Of a stretch of DNA of 64,000 bases, positions 53,290 to 64,000 are shown in pieces. The position numbers were made by a program, and so were the translations under genes. Position 1 is the first letter of the stretch, and the number at the start of each line of letters is the position of its first letter. Source of the stretch: a virus; the IMG/VR virus record IMGVR_UViG_3300033145_001047, positions 1 through 64,000 of that record. One strand, 5' to 3'. The notes under the pieces were generated by a model that did not search any database, was not told the DNA's origin, and saw only the letters and a program-made list of their open reading frames with translations.

Positions 53290-54394
53290 TTCGGGAGTCC
53301 CTCCTGTTTGTTCAACTTATCCGCCCGTCTCTGAGCCTTCGCCTCGGAGTCGTACATGTTCCTATTTTCGAGCCACGTCCCGGCGTAGTAGTCGACCCGC
53401 TGCTTCCCCCTGGTGAGCCGGACCTCTACCTCCGATATCTTCCTCGACCGCTTCACCCGGTACGCGCACACCAGCTTCTTCCTGACCGCTCCCCCGCGTG
53501 TGCAGTTCGGACACGGCCAGGACTTTTTCTGCCCCTCGATCTTGACCTTCCGCGTGTTATCACAAACGCTGCAGTCAATCGGCTCATGCTTCCTGGAACA
53601 TACCACCAGCCACACCTTCTCTCTGAGTCCGTACTTCGTCTGTAGTCTAACGTCCACGCTTCCTCCTCTTCGATTTCTTCGTGGGCTTCGCCACCTTCTC
53701 CGCTACCAGCTTGTCCCACTCGTCACAGATTTTCTCCATAGCCTCTATGTCTCCCTCCCACCCCCCGACCTTCTCCGTCTTCTTGTACAGTTTCATCCCC
53801 GCCGTGATGAACTTCTTCGGGCCGTCGAGGACCTCCTTCGGGTCGCAATCTGCGGGGGTACCCTGCACCAGGGCGTCGGCCTTCGGGTAGTGTTCTTTGT
53901 ACGTGTCCTTCGCAACGTCGATCACGTCGTCCTCCGTATCGAAGCACTCGCTCTCCTCTCCAGGACGATGCGTCAACCCTATCCGACCCCAGTCTCGGTC
54001 CATTTTGTTCATCTGTGCCGCCGTCTTCCGTGTCAGGGTTTTCGTCATGCGTACGTATTTCTCGTCGTCACAGGAGAGCGTTCCGTAGACATGAACGGCT
54101 CCGACGCTTATGCCGCGCCATGTCGTGATGTTGAGATTCACAAGTACCACGGTGACCTCAGAAGATTCCAGGGAACTCGACCTCGGCTCCCTCTACTTCT
54201 TCCAGGTTAGACATGACGTTCTCCAGCTCGTCGATTGCCGCGTTGAGTTCGTCGGCCTTCGTTGAAGCCTGGAGGTTCTCCGGCATGTTGTCGCGCCAGC
54301 TCTCCAGCTCTTCCTTCAACTCCTCGATCTCGCCCTTGCCTTCGCTGATTTTGTCTTGCGCTTCCTGGTAACGCTTCGCCCTCGACTTCGACAT
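53286..54394 (-). other. Three hypothetical ORFs (53286-53657, 53647-54150, 54158-54394)
   Basis: Contiguous - strand ORFs. The last has the MPENLQ-x-x-x-K coiled-coil pattern common in phages. Confidence 0.6.
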
Positions 54395-54588
54395 CAGTCA
54401 AACCCCTCCTCGTAATCTATTACTTCTTCCCCGCACTCAGGGCAGTAAATGAATTTATCGTCTTCTTCTAGCTCGGCGTTGCTGTGCAGTTCGTTGCTCC
54501 ATCCCTGCCACCCACACTCAGGACACTCAACCTCCGGGATATCATTCTCGTCCTCCACGTTCTGATTCACCTGTCCCTCCTCAGTCAA
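54394..54588 (-). CDS. Small acidic zinc-ribbon protein
   Basis: CPECGWQG...CPECGEEV. Paralog of 55035-55406. Confidence 0.7.
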   Translation of the reverse strand: MTEEGQVNQNVEDENDIPEVECPECGWQGWSNELHSNAELEEDDKFIYCPECGEEVIDYEEGFD

Positions 54589-54820
54589 GCCCCTCTTCCA
54601 TTGCCAGCTCTATGAGTTTGTTCCACTGACACACCCACCACTTCCCGCTCTTCATCGACCGGACTATCGGTATCTCGTTCGGCTGTCCCGTCGATATCTC
54701 GTACACGCTCCCGTCGTCAGCCTTCGCGTGGCCGACGACCTTCCTCTGTATCGGAGCGTTCGCGCCGACGATCTCCCCGAACTTGTACTGAGCCTCGCCG
54801 GGGACTACTATCTTTCCCAT
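54581..54820 (-). CDS. Hypothetical protein, paralog of 57298-57570
   Basis: PIVRSMKSGKWW...W-x-x-LI-x-LA-x-x-x-GLD. Confidence 0.7.
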   Translation of the reverse strand: MGKIVVPGEAQYKFGEIVGANAPIQRKVVGHAKADDGSVYEISTGQPNEIPIVRSMKSGKWWVCQWNKLIELAMEEGLD

Positions 54821-54876
54821 CGGTCCTCCTCTTTCATGATGTTACATTCCCGGCGTGTTGAGCCTTGATCCACACC

Positions 54877-55035
54877 TCAGAAATCATATTGCCAGTTCTC
54901 CTCTCTGCCGCAACGCATACACTTATGCTGACCCCATCGTGACCGCCCTCCGGCATCTAAATTGTGCACGTTGAAGAGTTCGATAAAGTCGTGCCCCCGC
55001 AAGAAGCAGAAAATACGGACAAGAAACTTTTTCAT
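54877..55035 (-). CDS. 52 aa Cys/His peptide (DUF1660-like, not in ORF track)
   Basis: Manual translation MKKFLVRIFCFLRGHDF...KCMRCGREE. Confidence 0.6.
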   Translation of the reverse strand: MKKFLVRIFCFLRGHDFIELFNVHNLDAGGRSRWGQHKCMRCGREENWQYDF

Positions 55036-55406
55036 CACTCTTCTCCCTTCTCTCCCGGCGCTTCCAGTCCAACACGATATTCCGGATAATCGTCAAGCCA
55101 TTTTACGTTAGTGTCCTCCTCGTAATCACCGACTTCTTCTCCACAGTCAGGGCAGAAGATGAACTCGACATCGAATTTCAGGCCAGTTTTGCTATGTAAT
55201 TCGTTGCTCGTTCCCTGCCAGCCGCAGCTCGGACACTTTACCTCCGGCCTCTTCGTCTCGTCCTCAGATGTGTGCCGCTCCTTCTTCGGCTCCTCTTCTT
55301 GCTGCGGTTCCTGCTCGTCGTCCAGCGTCTTCGTGCCGGGCTCTTGACTCGTTTCTTCGTTCATCCTCTGCTCCTGTCCTATGTCCTGTTCCACCTTGCC
55401 GCTCAT
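55035..55406 (-). CDS. Acidic zinc-ribbon protein
   Basis: CPSCGWQG...CPDCGEEV. Confidence 0.65.
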   Translation of the reverse strand: MSGKVEQDIGQEQRMNEETSQEPGTKTLDDEQEPQQEEEPKKERHTSEDETKRPEVKCPSCGWQGTSNELHSKTGLKFDVEFIFCPDCGEEVGDYEEDTNVKWLDDYPEYRVGLEAPGEKGEE

Positions 55407-55653
55407 ACTCCTGGACCAGCGCCGTCTTCGCGTCGGCGAATAGTCCCTTGTCCAGTATCCTCACCGCCGAGTAACGGGTGCCGGACTTGAGCGTGACCTC
55501 CGGCAGTCGCAGCTTGATACCCTCCTCCTCCTCCGTTCCCTTCAAGAGACGGACGCCGCATATCTTCACCTTGCCGTGAAGGTCCACGTCCGCCAGCGCC
55601 AGCAGCCGTCCCTTGTCCGCGCCGTATATTACCATTCGGCTAATCGTCACCAT
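55264..55653 (-). CDS. SpoVG-like nucleic-acid-binding protein
   Basis: GRLLALADV...KICGVRLL-x-G...L-x-LP...Y...LVQEY. Confidence 0.65.
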   Translation of the reverse strand: MVTISRMVIYGADKGRLLALADVDLHGKVKICGVRLLKGTEEEEGIKLRLPEVTLKSGTRYSAVRILDKGLFADAKTALVQEYERQGGTGHRTGAEDERRNESRARHEDAGRRAGTAARRGAEEGAAHI

Positions 55654-57038
55654 CTTCTCGTAGCCTTTCCCGGCAGAAGATAACCCGCGCCCCCCGGTCC
55701 TGCAGTCGCTTGACCATGTCCCATCCTTCGATTTTCCCCTCCTCTTCGACGTTCTCGCTCGTCTTGTTCCACTCGGCCCACATAGGGTCCCCTGGCACGG
55801 TCTTCGAGGGGACGACCTCGTTCCCGCAGCCGGGACACTTGTGCAGGTCCGCGACCCATATCCGGTAGACGTCCTTGTCGTCGTGACACAGCTCGATCAC
55901 ATAGACGCCGACGGTCTCGGGCTTGTACTCGATCTCGCACTTCGGGCAGACGGAATATATCATAACTCCGCCAGCTCCGCCTCGACGTCGATCTCACTCC
56001 CCGCGCCCTGCTTCTGGAGGGACTTGGTCTCCTCGTCCTCACACACCAGCTCGTACACCGGCTCCTGAGTGAAGCCCGTCTTGACGAACCGACACTTCGC
56101 GTCGGGCGTTGAGGGGAAGAAGAAGTTGACCCGGATGGTCCGCTTCTTGTCGTCGGCGGTTTTGAGACAGTAGCTCCGGCGTCCGGCGATTCCGTAGTCC
56201 TCGGGCTCCCCTCCGTTCTGAGAGTAGCCGCGCTTCCCGAACCACCGGAGGACCGGCGCTATCTCAGCGACGTCCTTGATATCGCAGTGGAGGAGAATAC
56301 CGTGGAGTGTTCCGACCTCGTAGCCGACGCTCCCGCGCACCTTGCCGAGACATCCGCCCTCGTGTCCGGACACCAGGTCCATGAGTTCGGGGATTGCCTC
56401 CCGAACGACGACGGCCTCGGGTTCCATCTCCTCGACCGTCTTCCGCTTCTTGTCGATCTCCGCTAACGTATCCCGGAAAAAATCCTTCTTCTCTTCCGTC
56501 ATTTCCTGACCTCCTGGGTCAATAGATTACCTGGAACGCTCCATGCTCGACGTCCCGGACCAGTTCCTCCAGCTCGTCCTTGTGTTCCTCGCACACGCGG
56601 AGGACGCTCTGATTATCTTGCGGCGGGTTCACCATCACCGTGTACCGTGCCTCCTCTTGACACTCCTCGGTCGTGATCTCACACCGCATCCTTCTCACCC
56701 CCTTCCCGTTTTCTCTCCGCCAGTTTCAACGCGACCAGCTTCATCACCACGTCCGCCGGTGAGATGTTCGCCTTCACGTTCGGAATGGTCCCGACCGCCT
56801 CGCTCTCGTCGGGCTCGTCTTTCCAGCGGACGTACATGCTGACGATGTTCTGAGCATCCACGTCCGCCGACAGCACCATCTCCCTCGACGCCTGGGCCGT
56901 GTCCTCGCTCACGTCGAAGAACAGCTTCCGGCGCTTGCCCTTCGGCCTGACGAACTGAATGACCTCGACCTCGGTGGGGCCGGGCCGTCGCTTGAGATTG
57001 TCCACGTCGTACTTCTTGCCGTCTGGAGCCAGTGCCAT
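55640..57038 (-). other. Hypothetical ORFs 55640-55963, 55960-56502, ~56519-56689, 56679-57038
   Basis: Contiguous - strand ORFs with RBSs. Confidence 0.6.
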
Positions 57039-57058
57039 GTCGTCCTCCTGTGCGAATT

Positions 57059-57087
57059 ATGGTATCCACTTACTATTCCAGCGTCAA
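57059..57087 (-). promoter_or_regulatory. sigma70-like promoter
   Basis: TTGACG-17 nt-TACCAT. Confidence 0.45.
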
Positions 57088-57297
57088 GTCTTTTCCTCCT
57101 CTTTTCGTTTTCCTTTGGCTGTGATCGCAGCCTCTATTGCCGTATGAGCTGCTCCAGGCCCAGTTCTTCGTTGTGGACCCTGGACCATTTTTTCCCGCAC
57201 TCGCACCGCTTGAAGTCGGTCACCTTCGTCTGTCGGTCGTCTTCGACGAAGTCGTCCCGGACCTCTTGCTCCAGGTCTCTCCCACACTTCGGACACT

Positions 57298-57570
57298 TCA
57301 TCCCGGCACCTTCCCCGGCTTGTCGATACCCGCGCCGACCGCCAGGTTAATGATGTCCGACCAGGCGAGAACGTACCACTTGCCCGTCTTCTCGCTCCGG
57401 ACTATCGGACTCATGTCGTTCATGGCTGCAGTCATTTCGTACGACCCGCCGTTCGACCCCTCCGCTGTTCCGACCTGGTGCCGGAGTATCATCGTGTCCT
57501 TCGGGAGAATCTTCCCGACGATCTCGACCTTCTCAATCTCCGCTTTTTTCGCCACCTTTTTCTTCGCCAC
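57298..57570 (-). CDS. Hypothetical protein, paralog of 54581-54820
   Basis: PIVRSEKTGKWY...WSDIINLAVGAGID. Confidence 0.7.
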   Translation of the reverse strand: MAKKKVAKKAEIEKVEIVGKILPKDTMILRHQVGTAEGSNGGSYEMTAAMNDMSPIVRSEKTGKWYVLAWSDIINLAVGAGIDKPGKVPG

Positions 57571-58490
57571 TGTCCTCCTCCTCTCCTGGTGCCCGGAGTC
57601 TCTCCAGTTCCTTCTCCTGGTCCGCGCACGTCCTCGTCAACTGCTCCATCCTCTCGGCAATCTGTTCCAGCTCGTACGCCGAGAAGTACCGCCCGTACTG
57701 ATTCTTTTTTCGGTCGTATCTGAATCCGCACAGCCTCGATATCTTCTCCGCGTTCCGGAGCCTCGCGCTATTCTTCTCCGCCGACGCCACTGCTATCACC
57801 CCCTTCTAGTCTGAGCCTCAACTCAGAGCGTTGTTTCAGCAAGTTCCTTTTTCCCTAGACAGCCCTCGCAGAAGTAATGACTGTTTCCATAATCAGCCCC
57901 AGGGAATATCGTCCATCTCTTACAGCATTCGCAATAGTATTGCGGTTTTCCTGTTTCGATCAATTCACCGCCGCATATATCACATTCGGTCTCGCCTTTT
58001 CTCCAGAAGCATTCTTCACCGCAATCCTCACAACGCTTTTCAATACGGTAATAAGTCTGTTTCATATTCCCTTCGCTCCCTCGATCTCGTCCGCCGCTGC
58101 CGTCAGTGCTGCAGCTATCTCCCGCGCCTTCTTCGGCGACGCCGCCAGGGTGCACTTGCTCCCGGCCTTCTTGTTCTTCGCCCCGAGCGTGATCGTCCCA
58201 CCTTCTCCGGGACCTATCGCCAGCTTGCCGTCGCCCGTCCGTATCATCAGCACGTCAGTCACCCCCTTCCTCGGGATTCGCCACTATCTCGCCGTCTGCA
58301 TTCAGCACATGCAGCCATTTGATGCTCGCCCTCTGTCCGTTATCGTCACTATAGTGGTCAGCAAGAATTGCCGCCTTTCCTGCAGCGGACGTCCCACAAT
58401 CAGCCCATGCCGACTTGATACACTCGCCGTCCCGAATAACGGATACGTCCCATCCGTTTCCTTCATGCTTGACGTAAACGCCTATGTTCA

Positions 58491-59684
58491 TCACTTCCCC
58501 CCTTCTACCAGCTTCACTCGATTGACAAGCGTTTCTTTCCTTCCCTTGTACTCCTCGTGACTCTTGACGGTCGCTTTCACCAGGTAGGTCTCGCCCTCGA
58601 CCAGGTTCGGACCACTGGAGGCGAACCACTTCACCCGGTTCCCCTCGGAGTCCTGGAAGTTGTGCAGGGCGGTCGTCCCGTAATAACCCTCGATCATAGT
58701 CACGCTCTCCAGGGTCAGCGTGAAGTTCTCGCGCTTCTTCACTTCGCCGACGTAGTTCGACTCGCGCTCCTCGGCCTTCTCCCGAGCTGCCTCGGTCTCG
58801 CGCTTCCAGGCTGCAATGATCGAGCAGCCGAACCCGAACGCCTTCCAGGTCAGGTATCCGCCGTCGGCCAGGACCTTGATGTTCATAAGGTAGCTGCTCC
58901 CGTTCGGCTCCAGGCCCTTCGCCCACTCGATAGCAGCAGCAGCAGCCTCTCGGTCCTCGTCCGTCACCTTCGGGCCGTCTTCCCAGGCCCCATGAGAATC
59001 GTTCAGGTGATTCAGCACACCGTCCGCCGTCGAGCAGCGCCCATCCTCTTCCCGCGCCTTCGTCCGACTCAGCCAGCCGTACTCCCGGACGTGGGCGCTG
59101 GTCAGCGCCAGCACCGACTTCAACTTGTACTCGGCGTCACAGCCGCCGCTTCCGAAATAGTCCTTGAAGGTTTCCTCCAGGTCGGCCAGGTCGCCGTAGA
59201 CCGCGAACCACCCGGCGCTCAGTGCGTGACCCAGGAAATCCTTCAAGCAGGTCGAGCCCACGTGCTTCCACTCGCCGCTCTCGTTCACCACCAGGTAGGT
59301 CTCGTTTCTCCGGCGCTTCGTTCCGCAATGGTCACAGGTCGTGCCGACCTTCCAGTATTTCTCCGGTATCTCCGGCGCACCAGGGTGAGCGTAGAGTAGG
59401 TTCCCGGTCCCCGCGTGATCGACACGGGCCACGAACTCCCACCCGTTCAGCTTCGGCAGCTCTCCGTCCACCAGCACCTTGACCAGGGTGCCGTACAGCG
59501 GGGTGCGCTCAGGAGCGGACTCCAGAGTCACCGGCCCCTCACCGATAACGACCGTGTCCGTCTCATCGGTCACTTCGACCGCCAGCTTCGGGAGCCCGAA
59601 CTTCTTCGCCCGGCGGTTCAGTCGCTCGACCTCGATCTCGAAGCCCTCAACCCTTCCCTTCGGCACCCAGTATTCAGTCTTCAT
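58491..59684 (-). CDS. Conserved phage protein with zinc site and C-terminal OB-like fold
   Basis: CDHC-x-x-x-R-x-R...VGSTCLKDFLG, and ATVKSHEEYKGRKETLVNRVK. Confidence 0.75.
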   Translation of the reverse strand: MKTEYWVPKGRVEGFEIEVERLNRRAKKFGLPKLAVEVTDETDTVVIGEGPVTLESAPERTPLYGTLVKVLVDGELPKLNGWEFVARVDHAGTGNLLYAHPGAPEIPEKYWKVGTTCDHCGTKRRRNETYLVVNESGEWKHVGSTCLKDFLGHALSAGWFAVYGDLADLEETFKDYFGSGGCDAEYKLKSVLALTSAHVREYGWLSRTKAREEDGRCSTADGVLNHLNDSHGAWEDGPKVTDEDREAAAAAIEWAKGLEPNGSSYLMNIKVLADGGYLTWKAFGFGCSIIAAWKRETEAAREKAEERESNYVGEVKKRENFTLTLESVTMIEGYYGTTALHNFQDSEGNRVKWFASSGPNLVEGETYLVKATVKSHEEYKGRKETLVNRVKLVEGGK

Positions 59685-59886
59685 TTGACATCCCCGTGAT
59701 AGACCGAGCACACAACCTCGGCTCCGTATCCTTCTCTGACATCGGCCTTCGCCGACTCCAGGTCACAGGCCACGACGTCGTGGGCCTTCCCGTTCTCGTC
59801 GACCAGGGTCCATTTGCTGTACTTCATGTCTCCCCCCGTCTTTCCCTTTCCTTCCCCGTTGTTTCGTTTCGTACTCATTACACTAT

Positions 59887-59914
59887 AGTATACTATTGGT
59901 TTCCTTTTCGTCAA
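59887..59914 (-). promoter_or_regulatory. sigma70-like early promoter
   Basis: TTGACG-16 nt-TATACT with an AT-rich upstream region. Confidence 0.65.
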
Positions 59915-60350
59915 GGTTTCGTGGGAAAATAATCGGGTTTCGGGGTGGTCGTAAGTGTAGCAGTTACAAGATGATAGCGGTAGCCTTCACTTATTTTCAC
60001 ATTTTTTCACGTCGTCGGGTTGCCATGTCATAAGTCCTTGCGTGACAAGGACCTCGACGCCGGACTCCTCCTGGTCCTGGTCTGGCTCCTGGAGGTTCTC
60101 CTCCTCAATGTCGATCACAGCGTCCAGTCCGGTCATACGCTTGGCTCCAGCCGTTCCTCTATGACCCTCTCGTTCTGTCCGGGAGTCCACTTGTCTGGAT
60201 ATTCCTGGGACGTAAGCCGACATGCTCGACTTGTCGGCACCACATCATAGAATGCTCTCGCCTCCCGGAGCAGCTCGAACCTTTCGCAGTCGTGAAGGTG
60301 CGTTCGGTTCGGGCCGTGCTGCACGAAGTACAGCTTCGTGGGTCTCGTGC

Positions 60351-61196
60351 TCATAGCCACCTTCCCCACCGACGCTCCCAGGCCGAGCTGCCGATGTTGT
60401 GGAAGAACTCCTCGACGTCCTCGCCGTTGTGTCCACGGCGTCCGCGACGGTACGCCCGGAAGGGTGCTATCCCTTCCACCCAGTCGGAGGGGAGCTTGTC
60501 GATGTTCCGGAGGGTCCCCTCTATCTGTGTGAGCATCGTCTCCTCGGCCCAGGCCATGACCCGGCCCCGGCGCTTCCGGACGCCCCAGGCCAGCCGCCTC
60601 AGCGGGAAGACCTCGGTCGTCCAGGTTATCTCCCCGGTTCCGTACCAGATATCGAGGTACACGAAGTCGTACTTCACGCCGCACCGCTTCACGTACCAGT
60701 GGACGTCTCCGCCGACTATGTTCATCTTCGGCGTGGCCACGTGCTCCCACACCAGGTCGATTATCTTCGGCTCGATCTCGACGACCGTCACGCTGGTGAC
60801 GCTCGGCTTGTCGGCTATCATCCGCGCCACGTATCCCAGGCCGAGCCCGGCGACCAGGACGTCGCCCTTCGCCGCCGCTATCGCGTCGCGCATCATGAAC
60901 CGCTCCTGGAAGCTGTCGCTCATGAGGAGACCGTGTCCGCGCTCGACGAGGAACTGAATCACCAGCTCGTGAGGGAGCCGGACCCGCAGCGGGTGGTATC
61001 CCATCATAATCGCGTTCCGCATATTCACGACCTCGACCGGCGTGTCCGGCTTCACGCGCTCGTGCTTGATACTGAACTTCCCGCGCTTGCCCTTCGGTAT
61101 CCGGACGTCCCACCACAACGAGTTGACCAGCTCCTCGGGGTCGAGCCGCTTCTCCATCGGCTTACTCTTCGTACTCATGCCCGTCAAGTCCATCAT
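60351..61196 (-). CDS. SAM-dependent methyltransferase (spermidine-synthase-like fold)
   Basis: LMSDS-x-x-E, GDVLVAGLGLG, VTVVEI, YDFVYLDIW. Confidence 0.8.
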   Translation of the reverse strand: MMDLTGMSTKSKPMEKRLDPEELVNSLWWDVRIPKGKRGKFSIKHERVKPDTPVEVVNMRNAIMMGYHPLRVRLPHELVIQFLVERGHGLLMSDSFQERFMMRDAIAAAKGDVLVAGLGLGYVARMIADKPSVTSVTVVEIEPKIIDLVWEHVATPKMNIVGGDVHWYVKRCGVKYDFVYLDIWYGTGEITWTTEVFPLRRLAWGVRKRRGRVMAWAEETMLTQIEGTLRNIDKLPSDWVEGIAPFRAYRRGRRGHNGEDVEEFFHNIGSSAWERRWGRWL

Positions 61197-63715
61197 CAGC
61201 AGCCTCCTCCCGCACCTTCTTCCGGCGCTCCTCGTGCATCTTGAGCCAGGCGTTGACGATCTTCCAGCTACCCTGACACCTGACCGGCACGTCGTTGTAC
61301 ACATAATTGACGATCTCGAACATGTGGGTCCTGTTCTCGATGTCCGCCCGACCGAAGGCTTCTTTGAGGTCGTTCGACAGCACGGCCCGGAGGAAGCCGC
61401 CCGTCGGTATCCCGTCCTTAACGTATGCGTCTAGTCCAGCCTTCGCGTGGGGTGGTATCTCGCCCGGTCGGTCGATCTCCATAAGCATCACGCCCACCCG
61501 CCTCGCGTATTCCATGAGCCTCTTGGCCATTCCCGGTTCACCAGCCTCCTCCAGGTGTCGAGCTATCTGCCGAAGACCGTACGGCTTGCCAGGGTTCTCG
61601 TTTATCATCTCCACCAGCAGCTCTATGTGTTCGTACTTCATGCGTCTCCCCTCTCGACCTTCTCCCGGAACTCGGTCAGCTCGTTAGTGACCACGTCCAT
61701 GAGCGGCAGTCCCTCTTCTTCGGGCAGTACCGATATCGCCAGCACCCGAGCGAACAGTGCAGCGGCACCGGCGAAGAACGCCCGGCGTGTCTCCTGCATC
61801 TGCACCCCAGGTATCGGGTCGCTACCGTATCCGGCGCGGAAGTAGTCCGCGTACGCTTTGTCCAGTCTTTCTATCGTCATGTCACTCACCAGTTCCTCCT
61901 CTCGTTTCCACCCTGGTCACGTCGACCACAGGCTGTATCTGCAGAACGTCCCCAGTGCCAAGACAACGAACAGGAACACCACGCACCCTATCGCGGTGTA
62001 CTTCTCCCCCGGTCCTACTGCGCCACAGTGGGGACAGGTCTTCGCAGTCCCCGCCACGTCTCCACCACACGTCCCGCACTTCTTCATATTCCCCTCCTTG
62101 CCCTTCTTCTCCTCCACCATCTCGGCCTCCAGTCTTTCCTCAGCGTGAACGCCTCGGCCAAGTCGAAGACGTCCACCAGCTTGATATGCCTCGGCGGTAT
62201 CGCCGCCCCCACGATGTAGGCGTCCTGGGTCCCGTCATGGTACGGGAACTCCCCGATGGTCCCGCTATGGTGTAGCAGCAGCCGGTCCCCACCTGGTCCG
62301 ATGATATGCTTCGGGTCATAGACCACCTTCAACAGCACCACATGGGAGACGCCCTTCGTGGCCACTTGCCACAGGACGCTCCCGGCATGAGCTACTCCCG
62401 TCTGTTGTTCCTTCCACACCCACACCCCCTCGACCGTCGCGTCCGGATACCAGTGCCCGAGGGTCGGCTTCGTGATCTTGTACGGGGTCAGCCCCTCGCG
62501 CTGTATCCGCCCCCAGTTCGCCAGTGATGTGTAGTGCCAGCCTATCATTCTTCTATCCGGGGTCGTACTGACCAGCTCCCTCGTGGGCCGCGTCGAAGTC
62601 CGCCTCGTCCACGATCTCCTGCAGGTCGGCTTCGATCTTCTTCCGGAACTCCTCCGGCAGTTCCTCGTCGAACAGCCGCGCCGTCACGACCTCGCGTTCC
62701 TCTTCCCCTTCCGGGGGATAGCAGTCCTCCGGAGGTCCGTACACTCGACCGGGGTCCTCGTACCCGCTCGACGTGAAGTCTACCTCCAGGATTCCGCCCT
62801 CGGAGGCTGTCCCCGTCACCCCGCTCCAGCTTCTCTTTCCGTCCCTTGTGCTTCGATAGTCAGCCACATTCCCTCCCCTTCAACCGTATCACGTCCGTCC
62901 GTGTCAGCGCCACTTTCTTCCCCTTCTTCCCTTCTGCCGTTCCGTCCTCGCGTTTCATCCGAACGATTTTTTTGTGATTTTCAGCGCCCCACCCTCCGGA
63001 AAAATAGGTCACCGCCGCAAGTTCGGGCTCTACTATCGGATCGCGTTTCCTCCCCGTCTTGTACGTCACCACCAGCTTCTCGTCGACCAGGACCTTCGTC
63101 GCCAGCTCCCGCGCCACCCGGTCCCCGGTCCCCGCTTGCTTCGCCAGCATCACCAGGCGACCGACCACCCGCTCCACTTCCTTCTTGTCTCCCTCGATCA
63201 CCTACGTCTCCGGATACTCGTATATCGGAGTCACGTCCTCGTCCCTCTCCAAGGCCTCCCGGCTTGACTCGGCCATGACTTTCAGCCTCGTGGCAGCAGA
63301 AATCATCATTGAATTCGTCCTCTCCGCCGCCCTCTTCATCTTCCAAATACACCAGGACTGCAGAAGCGACATTATCGCTAGTCCGAAACATATCACCATG
63401 AGCATTGTCGTTATCATGCTATTCCTTTCTCAGGATTCCGTACCCGACTCGATAGGACGTCCCCTTGTCTGTCACCACCGAGACGGTCACCTTATTGACA
63501 CGCCTCACTGTCCCGCGAATCGGCACCCCCTTTCTGTCCATGAACACGACCCGGTCGCCCTTCTGGTACTTGGTCGACTCCAGGGCCGCTTCCTTCCGCT
63601 GAGTCTCCCGGAACTGTTCCTTCACAATGTCGAACGCTTCCTTCAACTCCTCGCGGTTCATCTCTCGGACCAGGACCCGGAGAGTGTCCAGCTTCTCCTG
63701 TGCCACCAGCCTCAC
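61162..63715 (-). other. Cluster of small early hypothetical ORFs (61162-61641, 61638-61889, 61917-62120, 62084-62548, 62553-62867, 62860-63201, 63202-63417, 63419-63715)
   Basis: Contiguous coupled - strand ORFs. 62084-62548 begins WHYT...I-x-x-EGL-x-P, an ART-fold-like motif. Confidence 0.6.
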
Positions 63716-63828
63716 CCCCTTCCATCATAAAGGAACCGGACGCTTTTCAGCCACTCGCCTCCCACCGCCGTGTTGGGTTTCCCCTCATGCGCCACAGCCT
63801 TGTCCGCTGTGCGTCCGGTTGACCTATC

Positions 63829-63999
63829 CTATATCTTCTGTACGTGCTTCTTCCATAGCTCGTGCGCCTCGGCGTCCGTCTGCGGGAGATACGTCCCGAC
63901 ATGGTACGACTCTCTGTCCTTCGCCCCCACGAGGACAACGCACGGACCCGTCATGTGGACGTCCTCGTCCCTGTACCCGAGAGCGTGTACGCCGCTCCC
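63829..63999 (-). CDS. Partial hypothetical CDS entering from the window edge
   Basis: Open frame ...GSGVHALGYRDEDVHM...WKKHVQKI*. Confidence 0.45.
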   Translation of the reverse strand, partial: GSGVHALGYRDEDVHMTGPCVVLVGAKDRESYHVGTYLPQTDAEAHELWKKHVQKI

Positions 64000-64000
64000 T

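Noticed and set aside
63734-63820. Hammerhead ribozyme
   Set aside because: Has UGA...GAAA-like pieces but lacks the CUGANGA core and GAAA in the required junction positions.
1-64000. Prophage boundaries, integrase, or DNA polymerase/primase
   Set aside because: No host housekeeping genes, att-like junction, integrase or replicase recognised. Lifestyle and host cannot be determined from this window.

Overview
A 64 kb fragment of a tailed dsDNA bacteriophage (Caudoviricetes-type). Essentially every real gene is on the - strand, and several sigma70-like TTGAC(A/G/T)-N16/17-TATACT promoters point to a bacterial host. In transcription order (high to low coordinates) it contains: many small early and accessory genes; recombination and DNA-metabolism genes (Rad52/Sak-like, PD-(D/E)XK nuclease, RuvC-like, SNF2 helicase-DNA methyltransferase fusion, ParB-like); a sulfotransferase; a three-gene NDP-rhamnose pathway; packaging and head genes (terminase with a LAGLIDADG intein, portal, MuF, XkdF-like protease, scaffold, major capsid); and a 16.5 kb block between the capsid gene and a probable head-tail connector. 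That block holds two glycosyltransferases, a methyltransferase, two free-standing HNH endonucleases and two giant acidic repeat proteins. The best-supported unusual signal is a small structural gene split by two tandem ORF-less group I introns around a 13-nt micro-exon, where exact splicing restores a clean reading frame. Also notable are a stand-alone RelA/SpoT-like (Apk2-like) synthetase with candidate immunity genes next to MuF, a candidate virion-glycosylation system, and several structured intergenic RNAs. All calls come from reading motifs by eye; no database searches or folding programs were run.
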